From assembly GCF_009914755.1 (NCBI RefSeq), contig NC_060936.1: a stretch of DNA of 64,000 nucleotides. One strand, written 5' to 3'. The notes beneath the pieces are model-generated. The model was not told the DNA's origin. It saw nothing but the letters and a program-made list of their open reading frames with translations, and did no database searches. Each line of letters starts with the position of its first letter. Position 1 is the first letter of the stretch. Positions 19,071 through 51,005 of this stretch are shown here, in pieces. The position numbers were made by a program, and so were the translations under genes. Source of the stretch: the human T2T-CHM13v2.0 reference genome, Homo sapiens.

Positions 19071-21519
19071 ATATATCTTTAAAATGATTTATTTAGTTTG
19101 GCTTCCTCTTAAAAAACACCAGATTTTTGTTTGTGTATAAGTAGCAGTGATATTGCAAAGGAGTTAAATATCAGCAATGCGAAGCAAAACAGTGCTTTGA
19201 ATGTATTTTAGGAGGAAACTGCAAAATATATATGTTTGGTTCAGATAGACCAGGTAGCATAAAAGATAGAAGAAACTGTTAAATTTCAAAAAGTTCATGA
19301 GTCAGGGGAGGAAAAAAATATTTGAGCCTGGAATGTGTAAGTTGTGTATGCCCTCAAAAACTCAGGTGTGCTATTTGAACTTCATGTATAGGAGAAAAGC
19401 TAATGGAAGGATTCAATAAGACAGATACGATTCTAGGAAAGGATGTGGTTGTGGTGATTATAGCAGGAAGCCATTGATTAAGTACATTATGTCTTTTCAG
19501 ATATGGTTTTTTTTGGGGTGGCGAAGTGTCTGCTTTGAAGAAAAATGCATTACTTTAAGGTCAAACGGGGTCAGAGTTTAAATGTGGAGCCTGGTTGGTA
19601 CTTGTTAAATTGCGTGTCTTCCCAGTTAAGCAGTGTGATGTAGTGGGTAGGATCATTGTCAGTTAACTTTTGGTGAGTTATTTCACCTCTTTACACTGCA
19701 GTTTTCTCTTCTGTAAAATTGAGAGAATAAGAATATTATCCTGAAAAATTTGCCCTGGGAACTAAATAATATTTATATAGCAGTTGAGATGTCATGCAGA
19801 ACAAAAAGACTCCTTGAATTGAATTCTGGGTCCCCTACTTACTCTATGGAACCTTAGACAAATTATCTCTCTATGCCTTTGTAATTTTATGACAGAAATA
19901 ATAGTACCTACCTCATAGATTTATTGTGAGGATTAAATTAGTTAACATACATAAATTGCTTAGGACAGGATTGGCATAGTTGGCATATAATAACAACTCA
20001 ATAAACATTGGTTAATATTATAATGCACAACATATAATAAATATTCAATAAGTGTTTGCTATTTTATTCAACTCCAAGAAGGCAGGGACCATATCTATTT
20101 TATTCACATTCACCTGTTGACACTTGGTAAGTGCTCAATAAATTTTTCTTGAATGAGAAGGTCATTTTCAATCAATACACTTGCATACAATTTCTCAAAA
20201 ATGACTCTAACAAGATTAATTTTAAAAATTCATCAGATTATTTTTTCATTTTCATTACATTCACATATAGATATTTCACAGTACTCTCTACCACTTCAAA
20301 TGATGTCTCTATCATCATAATCTTGTGGTGTTTAGAAACAGGAAGAATCCTTGAACAATTTATTTTTTATAGCTTCTTTTCTTAATTCTTTCAAACTGTG
20401 TTCAATTTGAAGAGGAAAATAGAATGGTGAAGTATAAAACTTTCTAATTTCAAATTACTTATATTACTGAATTGTGATTTAAATGCTGACATCTGGGAGA
20501 TTTTTAACATAAAATCATAAATACATTACTGCTTCTTAGAATTCTAATGCTAAGAGTTAGTTTTCATTGTGGCTTATGCTTCCAATGTCTTAAGCATAGA
20601 GTAGCTAGTGAGATTTTTGAGGTAGTGGTGAATTTGCTGACAAAAAGTTTGCCAGACAAATAAATCAATTGCAATGACTCTTCTTCACAGACATTTCAAG
20701 CCTCATCAGTAATGGAAATGATCTTGGGGCAACTGAAAAACTAAAATCATTATCCTCTGTTGATATAGGACATTATTCAGCTAAACCACAAAACTATTAT
20801 TGCAACTTATGCATTTTGCTTTCCTGTTTTCACGTACTTCTCTGCTTGGCATAGAAATCCTGTAAATCCAACACACATCCACGTTTCTGTAAAGTGATTT
20901 ATTAGGGCCCTTGGGAGAGCACTGTTTTGCTGTTTTCTCTAACTAGAACAATTTATACTCTATTTATATTTTATTATGCAAAGAATGTAGCTGGCATGAA
21001 CCTTAACCCAAAAATCTGAGCAGACAAGAAAAGTCACATTAAAATTTTTCTCTTTTGTAGTTGTAGTTCTGACTGAGCCCTCATTCTGCCTGATTTGATG
21101 GGTTGAGGGCAGGAAATTCAACCTCACACATCATAGGGGCTGTCTCCTCTTCTCTAGGGTTTGCACAAACATTGGGGGGAAGGAGGCGTGGCTTCCGTGC
21201 TGCTAAGACACAGGAAAAGGCTTTTAGCTTTCAGTAGATTCTATCTACCTAATGCAGGTCATTGTCCAGGCCTCAGTGTTTGTCTGAAGATGGAAGGCAT
21301 GTGCTATTCACATCCTGAATTAAGTAGAAGAGGGTGGGAGTGAGGCGGGGTGGGCCTGAAAATACAGAGAAAGCAAACAGACATCATTATCTGAATAAAT
21401 AACTTTTTGAAAACAATGTAACAAATAATTAAAAATTTGAACGGATAATCAGTTACCATATATATATATATTATATATATTTATATATATATATAAAATT
21501 TTTAAAGCAAATACATTTA

Positions 21520-22822
<1,303 letters not shown>

Positions 22823-23007
22823 TTAATGTCAATGAACTACAAACTTAAAAGATGGTTAAAATGGTAAATTTTATGTACACATTACCACAATTTTTTTAAA
22901 GTAAATTAAAAGAGCTGGTCAACATCCAGGGAGGAAAAAAAAAGACTAAAACATTGCCGACCATGCGCTAATATCAATTTGCAAAATGTAAGTTTTACTA
23001 GTAATAG

Positions 23008-24075
<1,068 letters not shown>

Positions 24076-24329
24076 AAGGCATAGCCAAAGTCTCACCTAA
24101 GATGAGCACTATGAACTTTGGTATAATTTTTGTTCAGTATTGTTTTATACATTTTACATTGTTTCTGAGCATACTGATATATATAATATGGCAGTCTGCT
24201 TCCCTCATTTAAAGTAAAACATAAACATTTCCAAGTTATTACAAATGCTCTCTAAACTCCCTTTTAATGACTGCATAGCAGTCTATGACATGGTCTTGCT
24301 TTATTCCTCTTCTGCTTCTACTTAGTAGG

Positions 24330-25430
24330 AGCAGAGAAAATATGCCAAATGACTGTAGAATGTTTGGGGAGCTGTAGTTGAATATAGCTGGAATACAGAA
24401 TTTGAGGCAGAGATAATAACAGGTAAATCACGTCCTGAAGGCTGAGTGTAGTAGTTTAAAGTTAAAATTGAGACTGGGAAGAAACTGAAAGGTGACAGTC
24501 AGATTTGCATATTTAGAAGATCATCCTCTTAGCAGTATAAAGAATGGAATTCGGTTGGAGGACCTACCTTAGAACAGTGAAGAGATGATGAGTTGGGACT
24601 GGAAATGAAGAAGGTAGCAATGGAAATGGGAAGACATATTTGAGATTTGGTGACAAAGTAGATGCAGGGGATGAGAGAAGAATAATTCAATTGACAAACA
24701 GAGAGATACAGCACCAAACAAAGATAAATATCTCTGCCCTCGTGGAACTTTAGTCCTACTGAGATTAAATTCCAGATTTTTGGCTAACTGGATATGGCCA
24801 CTTGCCAAGACTAAAAAAAAAAAATATACAAGGAGAAGCAGGGTTGTTGTTGTATTGTTGTTTTGGTGAGGAGTGAGGGAGGGGCAGGTCTATTGAGTTC
24901 ATGTTTAGAGTTAGAACATGTTAAGTTTCAGGTACCTTATATCTTCAAAGTGAATGTGTCTAGTAAGCCACCAGACGCATGAGTCTGGAATATAAAATTG
25001 AGATATGGGCTAGAATATAGATTGGAAATCTATTAGGAAACTGTCAGTAGTTTGAAGCCTGAAAATAATGCAGAACTGAGGAAGACAGGGCTTGGGTCTG
25101 AACTCTGGAAAAGATTAATTGATGTTTAAGGTAAAGGCAGATTTATAGAGCTCATAGAGAAGACTAGCCAAGAGAAGGCGGAGTGGACTAGGAGAAGCCC
25201 ACTAACAAAATCATGACACCAAATGGCATGGGGGTACTAAGGAAGAGAGTGGTGAATGGTGTCAAATATTCTGGAGATGTTGAGAAATGAAAAATAAACT
25301 TTTCCTGGCAGAGATCATTGGTCACCTTAGTTAGTTTTCATTTACCAGTGAAGGTTGAAGTCAGACAGCATTAGGTCACCTTGTAAATGTAAATGGAGAC
25401 AAAAAGGAAATATGACTCTTTCAAATTCTT
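24330..25430 (-). mobile_element. L2 LINE relic
   Basis: Purine-rich degenerate motifs typical of antisense L2 (ggagaagcaggg...ttgagttc...aacatgttaagtttcaggtacct; gagatcattggtcaccttag). Confidence 0.5.
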
Positions 25431-26599
25431 TTGGTAAATTATGAATGATGTAGACAAATAATTTTGAAATGAAAAGATGTTCATGTTAAGTGAATAAGCA
25501 GATTGTAGAACAGTTTTACAATATAATTCCATTTGTTACAGTTTTCTGTTGCTACATAAAAAGCTACCACAAAATGTAGTGGCATAAATCAATATATTAT
25601 TCACTCTCTTTGTTCTGTGGGTTAACTGGACTTAGCTGGGTAATTCTTGATGAGGGTATTTCGTGGAATTGTAGTCAGCTATAGTTAATGGAATCATAGG
25701 ATTCTTTAATTTTTTCCTTTTGTTTATGTCTATTATCTTTTTGTAAGAGATACTTATACTGGATTTATAGTAAGAAAACCACTACTGGCTATTTACAATT
25801 TAGCAAAACAGATGTTTGGTTGAGAAGGGAATGAGAGAAAAAACAGCAGCTAGAAAGGGGCATCAGGTGAAAGGATGCTTTCTTTTGGAGGGGGTCTGGG
25901 GAAAGGACAGTTCAGCAGATTTTGAAACTGAGACAAAGAGACCTCATATACCATCCAATGTGATTAAGAAATACTTAGTAACATCTATGTAGTATTCCTG
26001 CACTCTGCTTTCCCCTCAATGTATTTTAAAGTGTTTATTGGCTGGGCGCAGTGGCTCACGCCTGTAATCCCAGCACTTTGGGAGGCCAAGGCAGACAGGT
26101 GGATCGCTTGAGCTCAGGAGTTCAAGACCTGCCTGGGTGACATGGCAAAACCCTAACTTAAAAACAAACAAACAAAAAAATTAGCCAGGCATGGTAGTGC
26201 ACACCTGTAGTCCCAGCTACTTCAGGGGGCTGAAGCAAGAGGATCGCTTGAGCTGCAGTGAGCCATGTTCACACCACTGCACTTCAGCCTCGGTGACAAA
26301 GCAAGACCTTGTCTCAAAAAAAAAAAAAAGTTATAATGAGGAAACAATCAGAAATCCAAATGACTAAAAGAAAAAAAAAGTCTGGGGTACTATTCTAAGT
26401 TAAAGTAGAATAAAAAGACATGACAAATGCATAATCCAATATTCGATCCTATACTGGAGAGGGGCAGTTATAAAGGACATTATTGGGACAATGGGGGAAA
26501 TTTGCATACATTAGTTGTGGCATTCTGTCACTATTAATTGTTCTGAGTGTTTGATTTGCTGTGACTAGGTAGGAGAATGTCTTGTCCTTGTTTTAGGAG

Positions 26600-27720
<1,121 letters not shown>

Positions 27721-27838
27721 GAAGATACATGCTGAAAAATTTAGGGGTGAAGTATCATAACTACAGCTAACTTTCATATGGTTCAGCCAAAACCAAAAAA
27801 CAAAAAGACAGCAATTGTGGTGAAATATTGTATGTTGA

Positions 27839-29885
<2,047 letters not shown>

Positions 29886-30119
29886 CATCTTGTTTAATCC
29901 TCACAACACCCCCTGACAAAGGTATTGTTTTCTCCACTCTACAGATGAGGAATCTGCAGGTGCAGGGGGGTTGAGCCTAGATGGAGCCCAAAGCAATGTT
30001 TTTATCAAAATGCCATGTTGTCTGAGAGGGGATAATAAGGTATGAAGAGGCCTTCCGGGGAACTATGCTTCCCAGAATTACAGCAGAACATAAATGCCTA
30101 AGGCAAAACTTCCACTGAT

Positions 30120-31940
<1,821 letters not shown>

Positions 31941-32189
31941 TGTGACTGACTCCTTCAAGACCAAAATACACCACTTTTTGCCTAGACGGCACTTTGAAAT
32001 AGAGGGCAATACCATCATATTTCACGCTTGCCTTTCTACTTTTTAATACAGGTGAACTTTTTCTCCTTAATAGGAAAGAACACCAAGTAAAGAACAAATA
32101 GCAGTTATGGAAAATAGTTGCAAAAACTGCAGGGGGCTACAGAACAAAGGACTGAGTGTAGGCAGAGAGATAGAGATCCCCGAGGTGTG

Positions 32190-32930
32190 GGGCAGAGCCC
32201 ACGCATCTGAATTCCAAGAACAGGCGCTTTCTGACAGAGAATACCAGGAAATGACTTCACATTTTTCCAGACTATCAACATACTTCATTCTTCCCAGTAG
32301 GAGAACCCAGGGCCTGTTCCACGCCCACAGACTTTGGTCAGGCAAAGCGGCCGCAGGGCGTCTGGGCTAAACGCAACCAGGAACACATTGGCAAACTTTT
32401 GCGCCTGCGCCCACCGGGCGTGCACCTGTAGGCTGAAGTCGCGCATGCGCTAGATGGGAACGTTGTTTCTTCTCCCCTACCCCTTTTCTGTGGGGCTGTT
32501 TTAGGGACAGACTGCTTCCGGGTCGAAGGGCTTGCTTCCGGAGAGCGGGAAGGCTAAAACGCGGTAGCTAAACTGCAGCCAACTTTGGTTGTGTGTGGAA
32601 AAGGCTTTAGCCATGGACAGGTCAGTACTGATGGTGGCAGCTGAGCCCGAAGTCTTGCCCGTCTCGCCTGTTGGCGAAACGAAATAGGTGAAACTAGACT
32701 CCCAGAAGAAGCCAAGGAGGTCCCGGGTGCTTCCCCTAAGGCTCCTTCCCCATGCCGGGAAATTTGGCCACAAATGGGGAAAAAGCCGCTTGGCGTGCGT
32801 CGGGGTGGGGTACAGATCATAATAGTCCCTTACTTTCCCACTACGTTCTGCGATCTATTCGGCGCTTTGGGGCAGCAACACTGTTCGCTCCTGGGGTGGG
32901 CGGGGTAGGTAGCGCGGCGTTCGAAATGCT
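32190..32930. promoter_or_regulatory. NUP107: CpG-rich TATA-less promoter of NUP107, likely bidirectional
   Basis: Local CpG enrichment including GCGGCCGC (32347). NRF1 palindrome GCGCATGCGC (32441-32450) and TGCGCCTGCGC (32400-32410). Two TGCTTCCGG ETS/GABPA motifs at 32513 and 32533. E2F-like GCGGGAA (32545). Confidence 0.85.
32613..32620 (+). CDS. NUP107: NUP107 exon 1 coding part (ATG GAC AG)
   Basis: Strong Kozak gccATGG and donor CAG|gtcagt. Joins in phase 2 with exon 2 to give [11 protein letters not shown], the Nup107 N-terminus. Confidence 0.93.
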
Positions 32931-34493
32931 AAGTGACCAGCCTGAGATCACAAAGCCAGTCAGTGAAGATACTGGGATCTCAGCCCAGACTTTCTGATTA
33001 CAAGTGCCAGCATCAGATTCTGAGTTCCCTCTATGATCTGGGTACTGTGCTAGCCGCCTACAACAAAGATCAGTTATTCAAGATCCTTCCCCTCGGGGAA
33101 TTAGTTGTGTAATGGAGACAACCAAGCAGTGTAAAGTGGTAAGTGTTTGGGGGCGATTAAGTCTCCTTGTCACTGTAACTATCAGGAAGACCCCTCAAAG
33201 AAGGTAACTTTCTAGCTGGTCTTTGAATAATAAGAGTACATTATTCGTACTCCAAACATTGAGTACCTACTATGTGACTGCCATTGTTCTAAAGGCGTTG
33301 AATATATATTATTAGCTTATTTAATCTTCAGAACAAGAAAAATCCTATGAGATGGGTACTGTTATCCTTTTTTCATATATAACACTGAGACTAAAAGAGG
33401 TTAAGGAACTTGCTGAAAGTTCGGAAGCTAATAAATACAAGAACCAAATTGCCAACCTGCATCTGTGTGTCTCCAGCCTACCTGAGGCTCTTTGAGGAGT
33501 AAGTAGTTGTTGACCAGGTGCTCAAGGGGGCAAATGTAGGTCTTTGTAAAAGAAGCATATTCAGAGGTGCTAGGATATGAAAAAAAAGTACGTGTAGCTC
33601 AGTGGTCACATGCAGTATACGTTTAAAGTGATGTTTGTGGCTGAATAGAAGACTGAACCCCTAAACTGGGGTCACATTGTAAATATCATTTTAGGAAATT
33701 TTTACTTCTATAGACCAGAGAGCTATCTGAAGGTTTTTTTTTTGTTTTTAATTTTAATTGTTAAACGTTTAAAATTGTTTCTATGTGGTTGTTTCCCATA
33801 CTTTCCTGCTGAAGGAATATCTGAAGGTTTTAAGTGGAGGAAAAGCATATTAGATTCTTGTCTTAAACACAGGCCTTTTAGTCCGCACAATTTAGTTTCT
33901 AGACCTTTGAGTGAAACTGACAGGGAGTGTTGTGATGGGACAGGAGACCTCCTGGGTTGAAATAACTTGAAGGGTCATTTTGCTCCAATTTACCACAATT
34001 CTTTTACTTACCCTTCTATCTCACAAGCTCTGTTTGTTGTTGTTGTTGCAAGCTCTGTTTGTTGTTGTTGTTGTTTGTTTGTTTTTTAATAGTACCCATG
34101 GTTTAAAGCATTTTGGAGACTGCAGAAAATCTTTTAAGAGAGAATTCCTGCAGTTAGGTAACTCCTCAATCCAACAAGGGAAATAAGATTCACTTTCATG
34201 AAGCAATTATCTAAAACAGTGTTATAATATAGATTCCAAGTGTTGAAATAATTCCTTAGGAGAAAATAACATAGTGAGTACTAGAAAGTCAGAGAAGTCT
34301 TTGTGCAGGTAAGATTTGAGTAAGGCTTTGAAGAATAAGCAGGATTTGGAGCCAGGAGTGCGTTCTCAACAAAAGATCTAAGACTTGGCTACTAGAATGA
34401 CTATACCTTAACTTACTCAGGGTCCTTTACTCCAGCTGTGATGATAAAATTCTTTATAAATGCTATATTCTCGTTTCACTTATATAAGCTTGA

Positions 34494-35182
<689 letters not shown>

Positions 35183-35416
35183 TAAAGCATTTAATAATAA
35201 CGGTAATTATAATAGCAACTAACATTTATTGTAACATAATTAGTATAGTATTTGGTTACGATATCAATAAGCACTAATAATAATGATTGCAGTTATTATT
35301 CGTTTGAACTCTTGCCATGTACAAGGTACTGTACTTTCCATAAACACACGGTAACTATGACATGGGTATTGTTGGCCCTGTTTTACCAAAACTGAAAGTG
35401 AGACTTAGAGAAGTTA

Positions 35417-35804
<388 letters not shown>

Positions 35805-36147
35805 CAAACAATGATCTGTTTACTCCAAAGTTTATGCCCACTACACTGCACTGCCTCAGTATGCCTTATAAAATTAAAATATGAAGAATCCGTTGACTGA
35901 TTAGTGTCTTTAACTGCTCAGTTATTCTATAATGAAAGCATCTGTAATTGCAGTAAAATGTTTCCTGTTAGGCTCAGTAGTACCTACAGCTCAAATTTAG
36001 AAAAATAAGTTAAATCCTTGTATCATGGAAATGTTAACATTTAAAGTATTTATTTGGTTAGAGTCTAAATAATGGAAAACTGAAAAATTTATTCTTCATT
36101 GTTTGTTTGCTTACTTTGTTTTGATAATGAATGCTCACGCACTTTAG

Positions 36148-36366
<219 letters not shown>

Positions 36367-37159
36367 TGAACTCCTGACCTCAAGTGATTCTCCCGCCTTG
36401 GCCTCCCAGAAGTCAGGAGTTTGAGACTAGCCTGCTTAGCATGATAAAACCCTGTCTCTACTAACAATAAAAAAATTAGCTGGGAGTGGTGGCTTACGCC
36501 TGTAATCCTAGCTGCTCGGGAGGCTGAGGTGTGAGAATTGCTTGAACCCAGGAGGCAGAGGTTGCAGTGACCTGTGATTGCAAAAGAAAAAAAAAAGAGA
36601 AAAAAGAACTTCTCCCTTTTTATAAAAATATGATATTTGATGTAAAAGTCTTTTAACAAATATTGAGTCAGAATCATCATAACAGTAACTTTAGGTTATA
36701 TGGATTGAAATAATTAGACAGTAAAAAAACTGAAAACCTTATGCATCTGATATCACAGATGGAAACTGTGACACCAGCAACCTTTAGATGAAAATAAGAT
36801 GTTTTAATCTGTCAGTTTGCTGACCAGAAGAAGTACATGCTGTGGTTGGTTGCTGATGGCTATAAAATCTGATCCCTGTTTTGAAGCATACAAGAGTAGG
36901 AATCAGAGGTTAACAGATGAAGAATATCTTAAGGAAGAGATAAAATGTATTAAAGGGGATAAAAGAGAAAATTGGAAAAAGTAGGTGAGATACTCTTTAG
37001 GAATCACTATGGAACAGTATTAAAAATAGCAAAAGAAATGTTATGTAAGCTGTGATGCAGAATGACTTCACCTAAGTATTAAAAATACACTATAGTAGCC
37101 GGGCATGGTGGCTCACATCTGTAATCCCAGCATTTTGGGAGGCTGAGGCAGGTGGATCA

Positions 37160-37423
<264 letters not shown>

Positions 37424-37446
37424 TTAGAAACCTTATTTGTTTTTAA

Positions 37447-37698
<252 letters not shown>

Positions 37699-37814
37699 TA
37701 GCAAGATGAAGGAAACCATTTCTTCCTGTTTCTGAACGTCATTATGTTTTTCTTTTCTTTCTTTCTGTCTTTTTTTCTTGAGAGAGTAGCTTAAACAACA
37801 GATTTTTGTGTGTG

Positions 37815-39040
<1,226 letters not shown>

Positions 39041-39934
39041 ACAACATAAATTTATTTTCTCACAATTCTGGAGCCTAGATGTCTGAGTTAAAGGTCTTGG
39101 CAGGGTTGGTTTTCTCTGAAGCCTCTTCTCTTGGCTTACAGATGGCTGTCTTCCTCCTGTGTCTTCATCTGGTCTTCTGTCTATAATATATTTTTCCTTA
39201 AGCTAATTAGTTGTGGTTATGGCAATGGTATTTGATACAGTATCACTAGAAGGTTGAGAACCTCACCTTGGTTCTCAGTCTGAGCAGCATCTTGCCATTT
39301 TATCTTTTAATGTAAATAGCAGCCTGTTACGTTATTAGACAAGTCTCATATTGTAATTTTTTTCTTATTTGTGCTGTTGAAAGAGCATCTCTTTCTTTAG
39401 GTTTAGTTCTTAATCTAACATTGTTGATGTGTTTTGTTTTCTCCTGGACCGTAATGCTGTTATTTTTTTTCAGATAGTGTTATGACCACTGTACAAGCAT
39501 TAACTCATGTAATCCTTATGGTGGTCCATTAAATAGTTACAATAATTATTCCCATTTTAGAGAAAAGGAAACTACTGCTCAAAGTGGTTAAGTAACTTAC
39601 CTCAAACCACCTGGCTAGGAAGTAGTGGTACCAGGATTTGAAACTAAGCAGTTTAGCTCCAGAGCCCTGCTCTTAACACTTTGGTAACTACTACTTTCTT
39701 GTAGTATCTGTCAAAAACAGGTACTCGTATTAAGTGACTCAAAATACTTTCTACTTAGGCCAAGTGCCTGTATTTTCCCAGAGTGGAACATGCCATTTAG
39801 TATGTATTATAACTTTCTCCACTACTTTGTAATGGTGTGCTTAAAATATAATTCAGATATTTTTAAATCTGGCTCAATTTCTTAAGTAATTGTTTATAAA
39901 ATAACTAGTATATCTTTGAGATCTTAAAAGACCT

Positions 39935-41625
<1,691 letters not shown>

Positions 41626-41723
41626 TTGAGGCTGGGTGCGGTGGCTCACGCTTATAATCCCAACACTTTGGGAGGCCAAGGTGGGCGGATCATGAGGTCA
41701 GGAAATCAAGACCATCCTGGCTA

Positions 41724-41969
<246 letters not shown>

Positions 41970-41972
41970 TCA

Positions 41973-42475
<503 letters not shown>

Positions 42476-42974
42476 TAATTTCACTCCGTCGTTAGTCAAA
42501 CTTCAGTATTTTTAGTTTTCGTAAACAGCATTAACCTAATTTTCATAGTGTTTAAGGGAGGTGTCTTAGCGGAACAGTGGCAGGAGTGGAGGGAAAGTCA
42601 ACTAGAGCATCCCTGCGTCTTACATATTGAGGGCCCATACAAGATTTCTTTGGGAGAAAAAAGGATTCTGCTGCTTTAAAAAAGGAAAATCCAGCCAGAT
42701 GCAATGGCTCACACCTGTAATCCCAATGCTTTGGGAGGCCAAAGCAGAAGGATCACTTAAACCCAGCAGTTCAAGACCAGCCTGGGCAACATGGGAAGGC
42801 CTTGTCTCTACAAGAAATACATTTGCCAAGCATGGTGCTATGTACCTGTGATTCTAGCTCCTTGGGAGGCTCAGGTGGGAGGATTGCATGAGCCGCAGAG
42901 TTTGAGGCTACAGTGAGCCATGGTCACACCACTGCACTCCAGCCAGGGTGACAGAGTAGACCCTGTCTGAAGGA

Positions 42975-44981
<2,007 letters not shown>

Positions 44982-45439
44982 TCAAGAAAATACTGCATTC
45001 AGTAATAATTGGAATAATAGTAATAGACAACTTTTTATCATTTAATGTTTCAATAATTGACCTCTGAATTGTTCTATTATAAATGCAGTAGCTTCATTAA
45101 ATAACACTTAGTGAATCACTGGAGTCAGGATTCCAGCTGAGAATGTAATGAATGAAGTACAGATAACACTTTTATGAAGTACTAGTCTTAAGACAGTAGT
45201 AACATTACTTTGTGAATACTTATTAAGGGGTGGGAAAACCCATTGTGGTGTTCTGAATGAGAGCAGTCTTCTTCCTTAATTCATCTTGACAAGATAATGA
45301 GGTACTATTAGTAACCTTTGAGAAAGATTTTCTTTACCCTGGGTCGTTAAACCTCCTGATAAACAATTGTGTGTATGTTTCTAGGGGGACCATTCATGCC
45401 TTTTATTAGATTTTTACATGTGCCTCAGTCCTGAAAAGG

Positions 45440-45781
<342 letters not shown>

Positions 45782-46236
45782 TGAGGAAGGACTTTGGTGA
45801 TGTTTTGTTTAGAAATGATAATGTTTTTGGTGCCAATCTTAGGAAAATATCTTTCTTGATTAGTTACCTGATATAAATTTTCAAACATAATTTTAAGATA
45901 ACTTTTTAAATTTTAATTGCTAAAATGTTGGCTTATGTTATGATTTTTCCAGGTATAGGTTTGATTTAACTTATCCTCTGGGTAGATATACAGGGAGAAA
46001 AAAATATATCCATCACTGCCACTGTTGGATCTGAAATCAAGAGTATGTTAGACTTATATATATACTCAGATAAACACACCTTGTTCCAAATTAGATCCAT
46101 TTCTAGTGGGAACATTACATTACATTTAATTTAAAAAGACAAAATAGAGAAGGCAATTTTATAATATATACTTATTAAATACAATTATTTTAGCACTCTA
46201 TTCAAATACAAACTTATCAGTGACTCAAAATTGTAG

Positions 46237-46401
<165 letters not shown>

Positions 46402-46891
46402 TAATGGCGTCTAGAATTCATAAGTGAAATAAACATAAGGTAATAAACCAACAGGCAAATTAATTTAAAAGTTAGGGTAGGTCGTGCTTGGAAATAGGTT
46501 TTGCTATTTTTGATGCTTATCATTTCGAATACCTTAGTTGTCAAGAGTGAGTCAAGAGGGAAGAGGAAGATATCAGATCATAAGGCTGGTAGTTACCAAA
46601 ATTGGATGTGTGTAAAGACTTAAGGAAAGTACTAAAAATAGTGCAATACTTAGGCTAAATTAAGAAAAGAGCTGAAAGTTAGACTTCATGTAATATGGAA
46701 GTTTGAAAGAAGTTAACCAAATTTTCCAGAAGGCGAAGATTATACCATGTACATATCCTTGAATCTAGGAATTTTATGCCTAGAAATTTAACCTAAGAAA
46801 ATAATGAGAAATATATACAACCACATATGAATAAAACTTTTAAATCTCAAAAAATTAAAAACTACTACTAAGGAATTGGTTAAATGAATTA

Positions 46892-48111
<1,220 letters not shown>

Positions 48112-48282
48112 TGTTGTCCCATTTTTGTTTACAAAAATACAGATATACATATTTGAAAAAATAAATAATAAAAAATTTTTAAAAAGAAGTTAGCCAAATT
48201 TTCCTTCTCTCAGATGCTCAGTGGCAAGTTCATTATATTCGTGTGAAATAAGGCTTTTTTATTTTGTCTTATTTTTCCCCAG

Positions 48283-48331
48283 AGACAGAATACAGTCTGC
48301 ATTAGAAGAGGAAAGTGTATTCGCAGTTACT
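48283..48331 (+). CDS. NUP107: NUP107 exon 8
   Basis: ccccag|A GAC; 49 nt; (R)DRIQSALEEESVFAVT; donor ACT|gtaagt. Confidence 0.93.
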
Positions 48332-48393
48332 GTAAGTTTTATATTAATTTTTTCTTTTATAAATACATACAAATTAAAATGTTACTAATAGGA

Positions 48394-50664
<2,271 letters not shown>

Positions 50665-51005
50665 GCTACTTTTTCACTTAAAATATTTTTTAATATCTTT
50701 CCAATCTTTTAATTTGTTTATCCCACAAATACTTCATTCCAAATGCACATGTAGGAAGACTGTCATATTTGGCTATTTATTGAGCTCACTTACTAGTTTT
50801 AATAGGTTTCCTCTGGTTTTCCAGGCAATTCTGTTATCTACAAGTAGTGATGACTTTGACTGTTTTTCCATACTTTTTGCTAACTTAATTCTTTTCCTGG
50901 TTTTATTATGTTAGTTAGACTTTTCAAAGTAAAGTTGAATAATAATGAACTCTTACTCCTCATCTTCTGGATTTTAAAGGGAGTATCTCACTTTACAGTT
51001 AAGTA

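Noticed and set aside
32501-32997. 80-90 aa ORFs over the NUP107 promoter and intron 1
   Set aside because: Expected in GC-rich DNA, several use non-ATG starts, and none resembles a known protein.
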